Shown here: in pieces, positions 21,335-34,589 of the stretch | How the letters are laid out: each line of letters begins with the position of its first letter | Position numbering within the stretch: the first letter of the stretch is position 1 | Made by a program: the position numbers and the translations under genes | The notes under the pieces: model-generated | The model's input: the letters and a program-made list of their open reading frames with translations, nothing else | The model's database searches: none | Told to the model about the DNA's origin: nothing | Assembly: GCF_006345805.1 (NCBI RefSeq) | Contig: NC_043008.1 | Coordinates: forward strand, 79,298,001-79,362,000 | Origin: Octopus sinensis | Lineage: Eukaryota | Direction of reading: 5' to 3' | Length of the DNA stretch: 64,000 nt

Positions 21335-24300
21335 TATAAAAAATAAAAAAGAGTGAAAAAACTACAGAAGGCTTGTGTTATAAGTTAAGGAATATATTTA
21401 AGTCTTTATGTTTGAAAAATGATATAAAATTTTGTGTATAGTAACATAGTTTTTGGAGAAATAACCGGTTTCGTATTTTCTTTTCAAATTTCTCAAATTT
21501 CTTTACCTACATCGTGTCATGTCTTCGCTATGTAGTGAAATATGGAGTTCCAGGCAGGGGAAGGTAATCAGAGATTTCTTCTGGTATAAGGGAGATAATA
21601 GCTTTATATTTTTTTCAATGACATGAGTTTCCTTGTTTAAAAATGTTAGAAATGATTAAGTTTTGGCTTATATTTTTCAATGAAGAATGTTTCGTTGTTT
21701 AATCTAACTTGTGTTGGTGTTCCAATAGCACATTGATAGAATGGAAAGATTATAAATTGTGGTAGTAGTTGAAGAAATAGGATCAGTAAAGAATTCATTA
21801 CTAAATCGGTTGAATTCATCCTGCAAAATAACCACTTCATGTTTGACAATACATTTTACCGTCAAAAATCCGGAATTGCTATGGGTACTAGGGCAGCACC
21901 AGTCATTATGAACCTAACAATGGGCTACCTGGAGGTAATAATATACCAGGAATCTTTATCAACTTTTGGAAACCCCCTTTCCCAATACATAAAAGAGAAT
22001 TGAAAAAGATTTCTAGATGACTGTTTTATACTCTGGAATGAAAACCTAAACTCCTAAAATTCAAAAACCTTCTGAACAGTGTCAACCCAAACATACAGTT
22101 CACAATGGAATACAACTAAAAGGAGCTTCAATTTTTAGATATACTAATTAAAAAAATTAACCTAAAAATAGAAACAGACATATTTTACAAAACCAGACAC
22201 CAAACAATACTTACTTTATGATTCATGCCACCCAAGACACACTAAAACAAACATCCCCTTCAACCTTGCAAGAAGAATATGCACAATAGTGTCAGAACAA
22301 AATACCAGAAACTTTAGACTACAAGAACTCAAAAACACCCTAATTGACAGACACTACCAAGTTCAACTCATAGAGAATGGAATCAGAAATCGACAGAAAC
22401 TTTAAGAAAAGTTCAACACAGCAATGCACCTTCCCCGAAAATACCGCCTTACATATCCACAGAAACAAAGACGCCTTCACCATCATCACCCAGAATTTAC
22501 CAATGCTTCATAAGGACCCCAAATTAAAGGAAATTTTAAACATACATAATATCATTAAAAGCTACAAACAACCTAAATCACTAAAAAAGATCCTCACAAA
22601 GGCAAAATTATTTTCTGAAATAATGGATGCAAAAGTAAAAAAAATGTGGTATGCCCAAACCTTCTACAAGGATCAGAATACCTCTTCAAAGAGGAACAAA
22701 ATTTTAAGATCAAATCTAATTTTACTTGTGCTTCAGAAAACCTAATTTATGACATAAGATGCTCAGGCTGCCACCAAAACTACATAGGGTTCATGGGATT
22801 ATTGCTCCGATGCAGATGCACTCTGCATCGACAACAGATTGCATTCCCAGAATACAGAATGATACCCTTTAGTGAAAATATTGAGAAATGTGCAAAGCAA
22901 CTACTACCACAATTTATAATCTTTCCATTCTATCAATGTGCTATTGGAACACAAACACAAGTTAGATTAAACAAAGAAACATTCTTCATTGAAAAATATA
23001 AGCCAAAATTTAATCATTTCTAACATTTTTAAACAAGGAAACTCATCTCATTGAAAAAAAATATAAAGCTATTATCTTCCTTATACTGGAAGAAATCTCT
23101 GATTACACTGTGCAACAAATTTCAGGTTCAAAAAAAGTACAAGTTTCTGTGTTAAAAAATTGCCCTGATTCTGATTCTGACCTTTATTTCTCCAGATTAG
23201 GCACCGTTTTCCCGTACCATGAACCATATTTTTTATAATATACTGCATAATATTGCGTATTGGACACAAAATTGCAAATACTGAAAGTAACAGAAAACAA
23301 AGCAAACAATTTAGTTGGTATAACAAAACATATATTGGCTATGAATTAAAAACATATCTGTCAGTTTAAACAACTTTTGTCCTTCTAAGCCTCTTGTGTG
23401 GAGTGTGATCTTCTGTTTTTATACCCTAGCAGTAGTCTGCCAACATGCCAGGGTTCCATTTTCCTTTGAATCGTCACTCCATCACTGAAATATCCTGATG
23501 GAATCTTTCACCATGTTCATCACTTACATCACCAAGATTTTCTGCAAAAAATCCAAATGAGAGTGAAGCACATGAACTTTTAGAGACATGTTACATCCCA
23601 TATCATGGTAATGACTCAGCAGATCATTCACAACTTGCACATAGTCTTCTGAACGATGGTTGCCCAGGAAGTTGTTGTAAACTTTCTTGAATGACTCAAA
23701 GGCAAGCTTCTCTTTTCTTTTGAGATGTTTGATGAAGGTTTCATCAAGTACAATTTTTCGAATTTGGGGACCTATGAAGAAACCTTCTTTAATTTTAGCT
23801 TGACTCAGGGAAGGGAACTTTTCTGCAAGATATGCAAATGCGGAGGATTCCTTGTCCAAGGCTTTCACAAATTGCTTAAACAAACCAAGTTAATATGCAA
23901 AGGTGGTAAAAAAAATTCTATCACTTTTCACAAGTGGTTTGTGCATGATGTGTTTACTTTGCTCAATTTCATCTTGGATTGCCCAATCCTTGTGTACATA
24001 ATCAGCTCTTGCTCTGGAATTCCATAAGCACAGGAAGCAGCAAAATTTAGTATAGCCAAACTAAAGGCCAGTAAGCTTGATCACAACCTTAAAATCTGCA
24101 CAGATATGCCAAGAATGGTCATCATACTGTATGCTTGTTAGAATTGCTTTTAGATTTTCATATGATTCTTACATGGTTGTACTATAAGCTATGAGAACAG
24201 AAGACAGAGTGCTACCATTGTGTAGCAGAACAACTTTGATGCTGTCCTTGGATGCATCTATGAAAAGTCGCCAGTTGGTTTTATCATATGATATTTCCAG

Positions 24301-25500
24301 TGGCTCAAAAAGTTCAGTGATGTCATTACAAAAGCATAAGTCATCCTTCATGGCGAATAATGCAAGCAGATCCTCTTTACGTTTTCTGTACAGTGTTATC
24401 TTCACTCTTTTCTCAAGAAGATTACGTTCTTGAAGCCTTGATGCCAGAAACTTACTTTTCTATTTGGTTAAATAGAGATCCCTGCACAAGTCATTTAGAG
24501 CCTCTTGAGAAAATGGTATTGTTTTATTCTCGCTTTTTGGATCATTGGACTCCAGTCATTCGCCACTGGAAATTTCATCAGCATTGCTGGAACTCAGCAT
24601 TTCTTGATCTGGAGACTTGGGCACAGGTAAATTTTCTCAGTGCTCTACAGGGCACATTGCTGATTGCAAATTTGGGTAAACAATGTGTTTCTTTTTCTTT
24701 GCTATAGTACAGTCTGTAAAGTCATGGTGACAGAAATAGCAATCATTAGAGTGATCTTTCTGCTCACACCAGATCATTGGCAAACCAAACTTCATGTGAA
24801 CATTTTTTCCTGCACACCAGGTACTCAATGCCTTCACACATGAGGAGCCCATGACTTATCCTGGTCTCCTAAGTAACAATTTAAGTACGTCTTGTATATT
24901 TTCTTGATATGGCGTGTAATACTGTGCTTTTCTTTAGCAAAAGTCAATTCCCCACAGATATAACATAATCTGTTTAGATCATTTTTTGCACTATCTTGCA
25001 CTCATTGTTGAAAACAAATAAGATCTGAATGATAAAAAATAACATTAAACACAAGCTTTGAATCACATTACAGGTGTTACTAAAATTTATCACTAGCCCT
25101 GGGTAAAAACCCATTTTACAATGCGGTAGAGAATTTTATTTAATAATAATGACAAAAGAGTATACAGTGACAATTCTGTAGAAACCATGCCTAATTCAAC
25201 AAAAAAAAAGAGGCCAGAAATGGATTTCCCATGTCATTTTGCATATAAAAATGGCCACAGATCTCTTGTACTTTTTTGAGTGTTGCACAGAACTCCATAT
25301 TGCACAACATAGTGAAGACATGACACAATGTAGGTAAAGAAATTTAAGAAATTTGAAAAGAAAATACAAAACCAGTTATTTCTCCAAAAACTATGTTGCT
25401 ATACACAAAAGTTTATAATATTTTTCTAACATAATGACTTAAACATATTCTTTAATTTTATAACACAAGCCTTCTGTAGTTTTTTCACTCTTTTAAAATT

Positions 25501-25507
<7 letters not shown>
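21335..25507 (+). mobile_element. Penelope-like element (probably Neptune type) with inverted pseudo-LTR arms; right arm interrupted by a Chapaev3-like transposon
   Basis: RT motifs GIAMGTRAAP, RFLDDCF; GIY-YIG FTCASENLIYDIRCSGCHQNYIG; 21335-21770 is the reverse complement of 22900-23105 joined to 25291-25507. Confidence 0.85.
23106..25290 (-). mobile_element. Chapaev3-like (CMC superfamily) DNA transposon with decayed transposase
   Basis: Left end TTA|CACTGTGCAAC..CAAAAAAAGTACAAG, right end CTTGTACTTTTTTGAGTGTTGCACAG. Minus-strand protein: CYICGE..GDQDKSWAPH, DHSNDCYFC, WRLFIDASK, CADFKVV..GYTKFCCFLC, LPPLHI, SLKVHVLHSHLDF, DEHGERFHQ. Superfamily from recalled motifs. Confidence 0.75.
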
Positions 25508-25541
<34 letters not shown>

Positions 25542-25544
25542 TAC

Positions 25545-25712
25545 AATGGGCTTCTTTCAGTTTCCATCTACCAAATCCACTCACAAGGCTTAGGTCAACC
25601 TGAGGCTATAGTAGAAGACACTTGCCCAAAGTGTCGCACAGTGGGACTGAATCCGGAACCATGTGGTTCGTAAGCTAGCTACTTACCACACAGCCACTCC
25701 TACGCCTATATA
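25545..25712 (-). mobile_element. tRNA-derived SINE (second family)
   Basis: Minus strand TAGGCGTAGGAGTGGCTGTGTGGTAAG (A-box-like), GGATTCAGTCCC (B-box-like), GGGCAAGTGTCTTCTACTATAGCC. Confidence 0.75.
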
Positions 25713-25833
25713 TATATACTCTGCTGATGATCACCCCTTGGCATGGTGGAAGAGCTTGTGTGTGCCAATGATTCCGAGTGATGCCATCTGGAGTCTTAGA
25801 TTCCTGGTAGGGCCACACATGGAGGCAAACTGA

Positions 25834-25875
<42 letters not shown>

Positions 25876-26375
25876 TTGAAAACAGAACACAAAGGATATC
25901 GTGGTACACGTGTTTCAAGCTTTATAAACAATCTGTTATTACATCAGCATAGGTATATTATTGATATAAAAGATGGTTTAAAGCTCTCTTCAGCCGCAAA
26001 CATTGTTAGTCCAAAGATTACCTCACAAAATAAAAAGTATGCGTAGTATTACCCATTATAATAGGTTTATCATATCTCCTTGAAAAGGTATATTTGTATA
26101 AAGGTTCGTTGGATTTCAAAAATCTGCCCATACTGTATCACTATTCAGCATAGAGAGAATGTTAAATAGATTGGTTTGAGTTTATATTTAATTAGTGTGT
26201 ATAAGATAGAAAGAAAAGATAAAAGTTAAAAAATAAAGTAAGAAATAAAAGTAATAGAAGAGTAATAAAAGTAAAAATAAGGATAATAAAATTAGATACA
26301 CATATAAATATGATTTAGCAAAATTGGAAAAAAGCAACAAAAGAAATAAAAACATAAAGTAGAATAAGAGATAAG

Positions 26376-27110
26376 GAACATCCTGTTTTGAATTCCTCTG
26401 TTATTGCCTGGAGGACTATTATAAATAGAAGGAGGCTGAGGACTGAGCTTTGGTGGACCCCTACCTCTACCTAGAATTCTTCACTGTAGTCGTTGCCAAC
26501 CCTCACCTTACTGACGGAGTTCTTGTACATGGCTCACACAGCTCTCACTAACCATTCATCTATCCCTAGTTTCCTCATTTCGAGGGATCCTGTCAAAGGC
26601 GTTCTCCATGTCAATGAAAGCCAGGTACAGTGGTTTATCTTTGGCTAGGTATTCCTCCTGCAGCTGTCTTACCAGAAATATAGCATCAGTGGTACTTTTC
26701 CCTGGCATGAACCCAAACTGCATATCATCTAAACCGATTCTCTCCCTAATTAATTGGGCTATGACCCTCTCCATGACCTTCATTACCTGATCCAACAACT
26801 TGATACCTCTGTAATTATTTGTATCTAAAGCGTCACCTTTACCTTTGTTGCAGTTGACTATGGGGCTGCTACACCAGACATTGTGTATGACTCCTTCGTG
26901 TATCACCTGGTTAACTATACGGGTGACTAGGCTATAGCCGACACCGCCAGATATTTTCAGCATCTCTGCGGTAATTCCTGATGGGCTGGAGACTTTCCCT
27001 GTCTTCATACTTTTAATTGCTTTATCTACCAAGGTACTATCAATTCGGATAGCTGGTCCCTCTGTTGGGTCGACATTTCAGACTCTCTTTCTCCCATTCA
27101 TTCTCTTTAT
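26376..27110 (-). mobile_element. Internal RT fragment of the same RTE family as 41-45 kb
   Basis: NYRGIKLLDQVMKV, QFGFMPGKSTTDAIF; closely similar to 43030-43770. Confidence 0.9.
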
Positions 27111-27114
27111 TGAG

Positions 27115-27365
27115 CGACACGTAAAAGCACCAACCGATCGTGGCCGTTTGCCAGCTTGCTCTGGCCCCTGTGCCGGTGGCACGTAAAAAAACACCCACTA
27201 CACTCATGGAGTGGTTGGCATTAGGAAGGGCATCCAGCTGTAGAAACACTGCCAAATCAGACTAGAACCTGGTGCAGCCTCCATGGCTTGCTAGACCCCT
27301 GTCGAACCATCCAACTCATGCTAGCATGGAAAACGGACGTTAAATGATGATGATGATGATGATGA
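27115..27365 (+). mobile_element. RTE 3'UTR terminal piece with (GAT)n tail
   Basis: ..CATGCTAGCATGGAAAACGGACGTTAAATGATGATG; directly abuts the inverted RT fragment. Confidence 0.85.
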
Positions 27366-27367
27366 TA

Positions 27368-27410
<43 letters not shown>

Positions 27411-28149
27411 TATATATATATGTATGTGTGTGTATATATATATATATTATATATATATATATATTATATATATATATATATATATATGTAAGAATGCAAA
27501 ACATCCAGACAGATGATACAAAAAAAGGACAAGAAAAAACACGGACAGGTCATTCAAAGTTTTCTTTCCTCATTCGAGTTCCAGATTATCTTTGCAATTT
27601 CAACTAGTTATACTCAAGATTGCTCCAATCTGGCCAGCCCCAAGCAAAAACTAAGCTAAGAGCATTAGATTCCTTGGAAGAAAGCAGTGAATGTTTATGA
27701 AAACAAGGACGGGAAAAAAAATGGAGAAATGGTACACAAATACAAATGCAAATAACAGGACATAAACAACAGGTGTCTTTCGACTAAGGACAAATTAAAT
27801 TAAGCTGGCGTGTGTGAGAGTGAAGCCTTATGGCAGGGACATAAGAGATGACAGGCATGGTAAGGAATATAGATGTTGCATGGATGATGGTCGAACCAAG
27901 AAAGAAAGGTCTGGCTTGGCTGAACACCGATCACGTAGGGAGAGAGAAGAGAGGTAGAGGCAAAGGGACATAAGAAATAGGGAGGGACAAGAATAAAAGG
28001 GAGAGAATGAAATGAAAGAGTAGGGAAGGTGAGAATGAAGAGAAAGCTAGGAAATGTAAGAGATGGGGAACAAAAGAAAGAAGAGTGGAAAGAATGAAGT
28101 AAGTGTGAAAGGGCTGATAGAAAGAATGACGAAATAAGAGTCATACAAA

Positions 28150-29022
28150 ATTTATATATATATATATATATAAGAAATTAAAAAAGGAAAATACGCACAC
28201 TTACATGGTTATAGTATAATTTTTAATGTATCGACCGGTTTCGCGATCGCTATTCATGATATAATGATTAATTTATATGAAAATATATTCTTTCTTAAGA
28301 AGAAATTCGGTCCATGTTGTTTGTAATGAAATTCACAAGTGAATGATTTTACAAGTTGACAAGTAATGGGAGGTAATTGGTTGTTATTATTTTTATTGTT
28401 GTGTGTAAGGGAGATAACTGTTTAGGTTTTGGGTGGGGAATAAATATGTGTACAGAAAGGAGACAGGTTTAAAAAAAGGGGGCCTTGTTTAGTAGGGGAT
28501 TTATGTACAGTGATGTAATATGTAAAAATATAAAAATATAAAAGTTGGTTATGCGTGCTTATTAAGATGCGTTTTGTATTTTTCAATGAAAAAAGTTTCT
28601 TTATTTAAGCGTTCTAGTTGAGAGATTGTGTCTTTGCACTGGTAGAAAGGGAAGACTGTAAAATTTGGTTTGATGTTACCTGCACATTTTTCTATGTGTT
28701 CACTAAGAGGAATTTGTCTGTATTGCAGGAAACGGATTTGCTCCTTATGCAGAGTGATTCTCTTCCTCAAAGTTAAACTCGTTTGTCCTATGTACTGATG
28801 ACTGCAACCTGAGCAGGTTATTACATAAATTAGGTTCTCAGAGGCACAGGTGAAACTAGTTTTAATTGTGAACCTCTGTCCTTGTTTGAAAAGGAAATCC
28901 GAGCCTTCAAGCAGGTGGGGGCAGGTTCCACAGTTCGGGCGCCCACATTTTTCAACCGTTGGTTTTGTGGTTGTTTTGTAAAGCTTTGCATTTGTTAGTA
29001 GTCTCTTTAGCGATTTGTCTTG
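28150..29022 (-). mobile_element. Penelope-like (Neptune-type) 3' fragment: Cys linker, GIY-YIG endonuclease, 3' region
   Basis: [22 protein letters not shown], then (after a frame change) FTCASENLIYVITCSGCSHQYIGQT..LRKRITLH; begins at a (TA)n array. Confidence 0.85.
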
Positions 29023-29135
<113 letters not shown>

Positions 29136-29879
29136 CTTTGCCCTGTTTTGGGGCTCCTCAGTGGAAGACATCTGGTAACAAACAGCTGGATTTCTCTTTT
29201 TAGGCACTGATGTTGCAAATAACCAGCAGGCTTATTGAGAAAGTAATAGCACCAAAAGTAGTGCACACACATGTGTGTGCTCACTATAAACATTCTGAGC
29301 ATGAATTGAACGATCTGACCTCTACCTTATCACAAAAATTACATGTCACACAACATCTCGATCCCCTTGGCTTCTATGTCACCTCAAGTCAGCCAGCTGA
29401 TCTGAACTTCACCAGTCTTACACCTCTTATCCTCGGCAGCAAATATATTTCACTCCTGATCCTTCTGAAACTACTAGACAGATGATTTAAACCATGCTTT
29501 TAAGTATGTCCATTCACATCCCCTCCTCAACAAATACTCAGTGATCCAAACCTGCAACTTCTTTACTTGCAGTTATGCAGTAGTAGTTCAAGCAAAAGCA
29601 GCTCTACATCACCTAGAGAATCCCACCCATTCCTCAAGGTTGGATGTTGTTAAACCAGCAGTACAAATACTGTAAAGTCGCTATCCAGCTTGCAGGAGTG
29701 CCTTCATGCATCACACAATCTTCAGGCTTTCCCACCACCCAAACTACAGCTGATAGTTTTAGACTTTTGCCGAAAGAACCACTACCAACTTTGCAGTCAT
29801 CTTTCTTCCTGTTCTAAACAACAATTGTTCTGGAGTAGTATCCCTATAGAAGAAACCATCACCTTTGCTGCTTGCTTTG

Positions 29880-30085
29880 CATACAAGTCCATACTAAACA
29901 CCCTTTACCAATTTTCTTCAAATTCTTCCCTTCTACCCAAAAGGCTTCTCACTTCATCTACATACATTAGTGTAAAAATACTGCTAGTGGCCCTGACAAT
30001 GTCCTAAACTCTTCAACCTTTCACCTTCTACAGGACATGGGAAGTATTCCTCAGTGTGTTCTAATACATAGAAAGGCAAATTTGA

Positions 30086-30181
<96 letters not shown>

Positions 30182-31110
30182 GACACCAGTACAACCTATG
30201 CAGTGTCAGATCCACTGGTGATTTGCTCTCTTACATCACTCACCTATGACATGCAAACCATCAATTAAAAGTTAAAACTTCCCACTTATGGGCTACATCT
30301 ATATCTTGGATCAGCAGCTCTCTCTCTCTCTCTTTTCCAGCATGTGTTAATGGTGCTCTTTCTGTCCCATTTTCAACTAATTATGATTTCCCCCAGCTTT
30401 TAGTCCTGTCCTCTCTTCCTTCTATACATCAACGACCTATTTGGCATCACATACAGCAACACCTACCTTAAAGGTAGATGACATGACCCTTCATTCCTCC
30501 CTAATGTCTCTTAACTAGGCATTACCCACATGCAACCTAGGCAAAACCTGTATCTATTTCATAAATGGAGATCTTGAAAGCATCCTTCAGTGGAGCCATG
30601 CCAACCTTGTTTAATTTGATAGTAAAAAGAAAACTCAATTGATACTCATATCAAGAAAACACCACTGCACACTACTTTCTCTAAACATGAGGAGTACTCA
30701 ACTTGACTCCTATAGTTGCTCCAAATGCTGGGTCTTACTACCACCAGGGATCTCTCCTGTTGAATGCACATCCATAGTATAGCTAGGACTGCTTCCCAAA
30801 GACTAAACTTTCTCTTTAGGGTCAGAAGATGTTTTAACCCCTAACAACTGCTGACACTCTACAACACTCAAGTGAGGTTCATGATGGAGTAATGTTTCTA
30901 TTTATGGGATTGTAGCAGAAGCATGTACACTCTTTACCTTTCCTATCTGCATTTTGCCGCTTTACTGTTAGGTACCCATTTTGGCTCATCACATGATGGT
31001 CCAGCCCATCTAGCTTTACATGGATTGTCCACCCCTTAACGTGATAGACTGGCCAAACATTACAACATCATCTGTTTAGGGAAAACTTTTCCCACTAATT
31101 CAATAGAGGG
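29880..31110 (+). mobile_element. Highly degraded CR1/L2/Jockey-group RT remnant interrupted by (CT)n
   Basis: Fragments ASGPDNV, LLYINDL, ARTASQRLNFLFRVRRCF, QVRFMME in shifting frames. Confidence 0.55.
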
Positions 31111-31995
31111 CTAAGTCACAATGAACAAGTTTGGATCTTCGGCATCAGAGCAATTTTATTCCACTTTGCAGCTTTAGTGAGGAGAAAATTGTAACAGCAG
31201 AATCCTTGATGCCATGCTTTATGTTTTTTACAACATTCATCTTCATCTTCAAGAAGCACTTTGAAACTATGTATTGTATTTGACAGATTTATTAATGTTA
31301 TACCAGTTGCTGTATTTCCTTTTAGTGTCAGAATAAATGTTGCAGTCAATTTTATCTTGTCTCCATATTTCTTGATGTTCATTGTCCTGACCCTTATTAA
31401 CAGCAGAAGATATTATATTACCAGGTCTTAAGCAAAATTGCATCATTTACCACCTCACTAAGGGATGCTGCTGCTATGTACACTGACATCCTAGAATGTA
31501 TCCAGGGGAGGACCACTTGATTGAGTGGCATTGTATCACTAACACACACACACCAGCCCACATACGGCAATTAAAAGATGCTGGTTGTTCTGTTCCCCTT
31601 TAAGAGACAATGGTCTATTTCAGAGAAAGCTAATCCTTACAGGCATGGATCATAGAATTCTATGAGGTGTTCATTGTGCTTGAGCAAAAAGTACTTTATA
31701 CTACTCAAAGATTAATCTGTATTGCACTGCAAGACTGAATTTCTGAACTTTTGTAGACAATATTCTTAATTTGCAAACTGATGCCACCAAATGGCTAGCT
31801 AGCTTCAACAATCATTATTGATCTTTTAATTCATTGCTTAAAAATAACTCAGTATTCGTTGGACCTTTCTTATGATTTTTTTACCATCAAATTTTGCTCT
31901 ATACAATTTTACTGCAGTAAAATAGAGCAAAATTGTATGTTCTGTGTTTTTCCTATTCACCATCATTATCAATCAAGATATATGTCATACAAGTA

Positions 31996-34154
31996 CAGTA
32001 GAACCTCACAGTAGGAGTGCACCATCGTACGAGTAAATTGTTGAGTGAACCAAGGGTTGCACGAATTTTTGTCTTAAAGTATGAGTGGAAATCATCAGTA
32101 TGTGCGAGTTCACACATACCCTCCCAGCAAGTACAGCTGCTGCATGTTCAGTTCACATGTTTATCTCAATGTGGCAGCATCCCTATTGTATTTTTCCCAC
32201 TATTTTTTAGATTTGTGTGTTTTTTGCAATTTTTTAAGGTTAATTAATTGTGTTAGCCATGGTTCCTAAGAAAGTTAGTGCAAAGGGCAGTGCTGAGAAG
32301 AAGAAAAGCTGATCACAATAGAATTGAAGAAGGAAATCATTGATAAACAGGAGAGAAGAGTGCATGTAGTGGACATAGTATGTCAATATGACCGAAGCAT
32401 GTTGACGATCTGTACCATCCTGAAGAAAAAGGATGAGATCAAGGCCATTACAACAGCAAATGGTATCTTCAGGATCTCCAAGTAATGCATATCTGTCCAC
32501 GAAGAGATGGAATAATTGTTTCTCCTGTGAATCAATGTGAAGCAAGTCACAGGGGATACAATTATGGAGACCATCATCAGTAAGAAAGCACAAGTGCTGT
32601 ATGGAGATCTCCTGAAGCAGAACCCTGGAACATTGATGGAAGAGACATCAGCAGATGTATTTAAGGCCAGCTGTGGCTAGTTCAATAATTTCAAGAAGAC
32701 TGGTGTTCATAGCATAGTTAGGTATGGAGAAACAGCGAGTTCTGACATAAAGGCAGCTGAGGATTTCATGCATGAATTCCATCAGCTCATTGCACAAAAG
32801 GTATTCAACTGTGATAAAACTGGCCTTTTGGGGGAAAAAATGCTTAGAAGTACCAACATAACTGCAGAGAAGAAAATGCCAGGCCACAAGCCTAAGAAAG
32901 ATAGGCAAACTCTCATCCTTTGTGTCAATGCAAGTGGAGACTTGAAGACTAAGCTGTTCCTTGTCTACCATTTCAAAAATTCATGAGTGTTCAAGTTGTA
33001 CAAAATCCTGAAGGAAAGCTGCAGGTCATGTGGAGTGCGAACATTAAGGCCTGAGTCACCGAGTGGATCAAACTTGACTTCAGATCAGCAGTGGAAAAGT
33101 ACCTTCTGGAGAACAATCTTCCTCTCATGGTTCTCTTTATCCTCAACAATGCTCCTGCCCAACCCCCTAACCGTGAAGATGATATCCTGGACATCCTGTA
33201 TGTAACACCACCCTTATCTTGCAGCCCATAGACCAATGAGTGATTTCTAATTTTAAGAAATTGTACTCCAAACACCTAATTCATTAGTGCTTTGAAGTCA
33301 CCAAAAATACAAATCTAATCCATCATGAATTTTGGAAGGAGCACTACAACATTGTTAACTGCCTGAAAATCATCAATATGGCCTGGCAGGGTGTAACAAG
33401 GAGAATGTTGAATTCTGCAGGGTAGAAGCTGTGACTTGACTGCATATCTGAAAGAGACTTTGAGGGATTTGAGTCTGAGATACCTGTAATCAAGGAGATA
33501 GCGTCTCTTGGCAAGTCTATGGACCTGGAGGTTGACAATGGGGACATTAACAATCTTGTCGAGGAACACTCAGAGGAGCTTATGACAGATGAACTCCTAC
33601 AGCATTCGGATGTGATGGAAGAGACTGGTTTCCTGGAGGAAGACACAGTAGTGGAGAAGGCTATCTCTATACAAGTGATATAAAGGCAGTTTTGGCAAAG
33701 TGATAATATGATTCTGAATTTGTAGAAAAACATCATCCTGATAAAGTATCTAAAGTGTATCCAAAAAGCCTAAAGTGATGTGAGAGAGAAAATGTCAGAA
33801 ATTGTTCTTCCTGAAGTCTTAATGAAAAGACATTCTCCTTCCAAACAATAATCCTTCTCTTCACTCCATCAGCTTCCTTGCGCACAAATCATTAAGGTAA
33901 TTAAATTAATAAAACCAGGTTACATATTCTTTTGCATTCTCTTTTATTATGTTTTTATAATTGTCATTTTCCTTATAACTGCACCTTTACTGTTATAAAA
34001 AATTATTTTGTGGTGGTTTTGGTGGTGGTGGGTGGGGCTGGAATGGATTGATATTTTGATTGATTTCAATGGCAAAAATTGATTTGTAAAATGAGTAAAT
34101 CATAAAACGAGCTTGGTCATGGAATGAATTAAACTTATACTGTGAGGTATCACT
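31996..34154 (+). mobile_element. Tigger/pogo DNA transposon, decayed
   Basis: TA|CAGTAGAACCTCACAGTA left TIR, TACTGTGAGGTATCACT right TIR. Protein MVPKKVSAKGSAEKK..ITIELKKEII..FKASCG*FNNFKK..HGETAS (CENP-B-type HTH), VFNCDKTGL. Confidence 0.85.
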
Positions 34155-34155
34155 A

Positions 34156-34528
34156 TTATTACCTCCGCCTTAGCAAAGGCAGAGGTATTGTTTTCAGTCG
34201 TGTTGGTTTGTTTGTTTGTCTGTGGACAATATATCTCAAGAACTGCTGGATGGATTCAGATGAAACTTTCAGGGATGTTTGGCCTTGTGACTGGCATGAA
34301 TTGATTAGATTTTGGGATCGATCCAGTACCAGACAAGGATTCAGGATTATTTTTCCGGTTTTCTCACTTAACTTTTGAGAGCAGTCAGGTTCATTTTTAG
34401 TGTTCTCGTTTTTGAGATCAATTGATTTTATTTCAGATATTCTCATTTTAAAAATCATCTCTGGCTAATCGTTGAGAGTACGTTGGTGTTGCCTTGGTGG
34501 AGGTTTGTGCTCTCTGAGTGCTCTTGTT
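34156..34528 (+). mobile_element. Helentron-associated (HINE/DINE-like) non-autonomous element; related copy at 48230-48690
   Basis: TTATTACCTCCGCC start, GGTGGAGG subterminal inverted repeat, 3' hairpin GTGCTCTCTGAGTGC, T-rich end. Confidence 0.6.
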
Positions 34529-34589
34529 CATATTTTTACTCTACATTTTTATCTTCATAACTATTTATCATGTGGTAATTTTGCCCATC

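Noticed and set aside
21335-25507. A single DNA transposon with roughly 220-bp TIRs
   Set aside because: The outer inverted repeat is continuous with the Penelope arm once the CACTG-bounded element is removed.
25722-26370. Possible RTE 5'UTR-like (25722-25835) and pLTR-like (25880-26370) remnants
   Set aside because: Resemblance from memory only; too short or degenerate to support a call.
27490-28140. Dispersed-repeat-looking segment with purine-rich tract
   Set aside because: No second copy in the window and no coding motif; cannot be assigned.
31116-31382. 88-aa ORF as a possible host exon
   Set aside because: No recognisable domain or convincing splice pair; it lies between decayed elements.
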